Shown piece by piece: positions 38,461-41,049 of a DNA stretch of 41,049 nucleotides. A program made the translations under genes and the position numbers. Every line of letters begins with the position of its first letter. The stretch's first letter is position 1. The stretch covers positions 1 to 41,049 of IMG/VR virus record IMGVR_UViG_3300017751_000049, one strand, 5' to 3'. The notes under the pieces are model-generated. The model was given only the letters and a program-made list of their open reading frames with translations. It was not told where the DNA came from and did no database searches. Source of the DNA: a virus. Lineage: Duplodnaviria; Caudoviricetes.

Positions 38461-39097
38461 AAAAGATCGTATAAAGTATCCGTATCTTCCTTTAAGAGTA
38501 ATTGAAGATTTTCTTGATACACCTAAACAATGGAGAAACTTTGGACTAGCACAAGAATATAGTCCAGCACAGCACGAAGTATTTCCTGGAACACGCACAT
38601 TACCGTTAAATGAAATTGACGAAGATTCCTTTCTTGCGTTTGCTAAAAAATTAGAGCAAGCAGTACCAAAGTGTGTAGGCTTTCATATGTTAAATGTAAG
38701 ATATCATATTGTTGGCGAAGAATTTGTAAAAGGATGGATACATGATGACGATCCTAGTATTAACTTAGCAGGACTTGTATACCTAAATGAAAATGCTCCA
38801 TTAGGCTCAGGTACAAGTTTCTATGATGATCAATTAGATCCAATGGGTGATAAAATACATACACTAATACGTCGTGATTGTTTTGAGTTTGACAATGAAC
38901 AGCGTTTAGCTATTAGTGATGAAAGAGATGAACATAGAAATGGGTTTACTCGTAATGCTGTAGTAGAAAATGTTTTTAATAGATGTGTGATATTTGATCC
39001 TAGAGTATGGCATGCACCTGATAACTTCTTTGGATCTACATTAGAAGATAGTAGACTTACACTAGTATTTTATGCAAAGGTAGAGTTTAATGGCTGA
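38453..39097 (+). CDS. Fe(II)/2OG oxygenase, DUF6445-like, paralog (214 aa)
   Basis: IEDFL..P...FPGTRT...WIHDD...AGLVYL...GTSFY...ENVFNR...WHAP...RLTLVFY. Confidence 0.75.
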   Translation: MNRKDRIKYPYLPLRVIEDFLDTPKQWRNFGLAQEYSPAQHEVFPGTRTLPLNEIDEDSFLAFAKKLEQAVPKCVGFHMLNVRYHIVGEEFVKGWIHDDDPSINLAGLVYLNENAPLGSGTSFYDDQLDPMGDKIHTLIRRDCFEFDNEQRLAISDERDEHRNGFTRNAVVENVFNRCVIFDPRVWHAPDNFFGSTLEDSRLTLVFYAKVEFNG

Positions 39098-39695
39098 TGA
39101 TATTTTCGTTATAGATAATATAATAACTAAAAGTTATGCAAACATGATTGAACAACGTGTAACTGAAAACAAATTTCCTTGGTACTTTAATAAGCACCTA
39201 GTTACAGATCAAATATTTAATGAAGATAAAGAAATAAATCATGTCGGACACAATCACTTTTTATATGAAGATAGAAAAGTAGTTAGTCCTTTTTTTGAAT
39301 TTATTCATCCATTAATACTTGCAATAGGCGATACAAAACTATTTGATTATGACGTATTAGAACGTGCTAGATTTAATTTAACACAAGCTAATACAACAAG
39401 TTCCAAAGATCATCATTTACCACATATTGATAGTGAGTATCCGCATTGGGTTGCAATTTATTATGTAAACGACAGTGACGGTGATACACATATATTTGAA
39501 CAACGTACTAGTGATTTTGATCATGAGTTAGATATTAAAACTATGTTAGATATGGACTTTACAGTTAAAAAACGTGTTACTCCTAAAAAAGGTCGAGTAC
39601 TTATATTTGATGGACACCAGTATCATACTAGTAGTTTTTGTAAAACCAATCCGTATAGAGTAGTTTTAAATATTAATTACGGAAAAATATTTTAA
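39090..39695 (+). CDS. Fe(II)/2OG oxygenase (phage PHxD type), paralog of 37248 (201 aa)
   Basis: FPWY...PHID...YYVNDSDGDT...PKKGRVLIFDGHQYHTS...RVVLNIN. Confidence 0.82.
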   Translation: MADDIFVIDNIITKSYANMIEQRVTENKFPWYFNKHLVTDQIFNEDKEINHVGHNHFLYEDRKVVSPFFEFIHPLILAIGDTKLFDYDVLERARFNLTQANTTSSKDHHLPHIDSEYPHWVAIYYVNDSDGDTHIFEQRTSDFDHELDIKTMLDMDFTVKKRVTPKKGRVLIFDGHQYHTSSFCKTNPYRVVLNINYGKIF

Positions 39696-40219
39696 TGGAT
39701 TGGAAAGTACATAAGTCACAAACTGTTATAGATCATCACAGTTACTTTGTTGAAGAGTGTCACTATGTACATGCTAAATTTGTAAAAGACTTTCCTGACA
39801 AAGATAGTACTTGGGGATATAGATTTTATAATGTATTTGCCGCAACTAGTCCTAGTCCTATTTGGTATAATTTATATAAAGAGTTACGAAATACTGTGCG
39901 TGAATATGTTGGACACGACGAACCACTATGGATTCAGAGTTGGTTAAATTTTCATACTACTGATCAAGTTTTAGATTGGCACGGACATGATTGGCCATAT
40001 CACGGATATATAAGTATAGATCCAAAAAACACTAGAACGGTGTTTGAAGGATATGATATTAAAAATGAGATAGGAAATATTTACATAGGTCCAGGACATA
40101 GAATGCACAAAGTAGAAGTTGATGAGCATTTTGATCAACCTAGAATTACATTAGGTTATGATATACATACTGATCCTGACAGGCCTTACGATCAATGGAG
40201 TTTAATACCGTTACTATGA
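39695..40219 (+). CDS. Putative Fe(II)/2OG oxygenase-like cupin (174 aa)
   Basis: SWLN...WHGH...HGYI...GPGHRMHKV...RITLGYD: HxH...H triad with a distal Arg. Confidence 0.6.
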   Translation: MDWKVHKSQTVIDHHSYFVEECHYVHAKFVKDFPDKDSTWGYRFYNVFAATSPSPIWYNLYKELRNTVREYVGHDEPLWIQSWLNFHTTDQVLDWHGHDWPYHGYISIDPKNTRTVFEGYDIKNEIGNIYIGPGHRMHKVEVDEHFDQPRITLGYDIHTDPDRPYDQWSLIPLL

Positions 40220-40857
40220 CATATACTAGTGAAAAAGATTTTGCATTTGTAGAACAAAACATTGTTGATAAAGAAGTTTGTAGATTTGTTGCACAAGAAA
40301 TGCGTTTATTAGATGATATGATATCATATGCTAATCCTGCATTAGGAAAAGAACCAGGGCAAGAAGAAAGTTTTAGTTGGTATGGGCCATTGTGTTTAGA
40401 AACACTTAGTTTACATGTACAGCCTAAATTAGAAAAAATACTAGGACGTACTCTTATACCTAGTTATACATATGGGCGCATATATCGCTTTAATGGGCGT
40501 TTAGACAAGCATTTAGACAGGCGTAGTAGCGAGTATACTGTTAGTGTGTGTATTGAAAAAGATAGCACACACGACTGGGAGCTTTGCGTACAACGCCCGA
40601 ATAAAGACGTTAATACGTTTAAGTTAGATGTAGGCGATATGTTAATATATCCTGGTAGAGATTTAGTACATTGGCGAGAAGGCGGCTTTAGAGGCAAAGA
40701 GCAAATACAAGCGTTCTTGCAATATGTTGATGCTAATGGAGATAGTACTGATTTAAAATGGGACGGTCGTCCTAGGATGGGTTTAGAGTTTGGATCAACT
40801 CAAACACAAGACCATAATTTAGATAGAGAACAAGATTTACAGTCCAAGATTTCCTAA
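40216..40857 (+). CDS. Fe(II)/2OG oxygenase (prolyl-hydroxylase/PKHD-like)
   Basis: PSYTYGRIY...KHLDR...GDMLIYPG...HWRE...QAFLQYV. Start corrected to ATG 40216 (ATGA overlap with the upstream stop). Confidence 0.78.
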   Translation: MTYTSEKDFAFVEQNIVDKEVCRFVAQEMRLLDDMISYANPALGKEPGQEESFSWYGPLCLETLSLHVQPKLEKILGRTLIPSYTYGRIYRFNGRLDKHLDRRSSEYTVSVCIEKDSTHDWELCVQRPNKDVNTFKLDVGDMLIYPGRDLVHWREGGFRGKEQIQAFLQYVDANGDSTDLKWDGRPRMGLEFGSTQTQDHNLDREQDLQSKIS

Positions 40858-41049
40858 CGTAAGCTCAACCTTTTCAAAACTATAAGCAAACGTATGTGAC
40901 CATCTGTAGTCAATAGAGTCGTTTATATAAGGTGCATGAGGAACACTAGCTTCGTATAGTGTAACACCTTTATTACGAACAGGCGCAATACCTACTAAGT
41001 CAAACCCCCAATAGTCAGCTTCTTCTAAAGTACAGTTCCTCCAACCTGG
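40837..41049 (-). CDS. 3' end of a convergent gene (partial), possibly another 2OG oxygenase-like protein
   Basis: The reverse frame reads PGWRNCTLEEADYWGFDLVGIAPVRNKGVTLYEASVPHAPYINDSIDYRWSHTFAYSFEKVELTLGNLGL*. The His...Arg spacing resembles oxygenase C-termini. It overlaps the + gene by 21 nt and is not in the ORF track. Confidence 0.6.
   Translation of the reverse strand, partial: PGWRNCTLEEADYWGFDLVGIAPVRNKGVTLYEASVPHAPYINDSIDYRWSHTFAYSFEKVELTLGNLGL

Noticed and set aside
1-41049. Stop-codon reassignment, as seen in some large phages
   Set aside because: The standard code gives near-complete coding density, and TAA, TAG and TGA all end genes at sensible positions.

Overview
The window looks like part of a large, AT-rich T4-like (myovirus-type) bacteriophage genome, almost entirely coded on the + strand. 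Positions 1-31.0 kb form a late virion fibre/appendage module. It contains two pairs of giant paralogous fibre proteins (1512/1586 aa, and 1836 aa versus a split 655+2037 aa copy), three small paralogous connector-like proteins, a gp34-like linker, three tandem Gly/His-rich tip-like paralogs and a fibre-chaperone-like gene. After a hairpin and a perfect T4-type late promoter (TATAAATA), 31.1-41.0 kb is a dense block of modifying enzymes: two flavin-dependent (tryptophan-type) halogenases and nine complete Fe(II)/2-oxoglutarate oxygenase-like genes of several families, plus a partial tenth on the - strand. The best candidate for an undescribed system is late-expressed post-translational tailoring (halogenation and hydroxylation) of the adjacent His/Gly-rich fibre proteins; this is inference. 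Other oddities are phycobiliprotein-like C-x-R-D repeats, a gene fission that creates a GGGY tail, a recurrent D-S-T/S motif, a dockerin-like insert and a structured 5' leader. Family assignments come from motif recognition by eye, not from database searches. I saw no tRNA, rRNA, CRISPR array, integrase or transposase.
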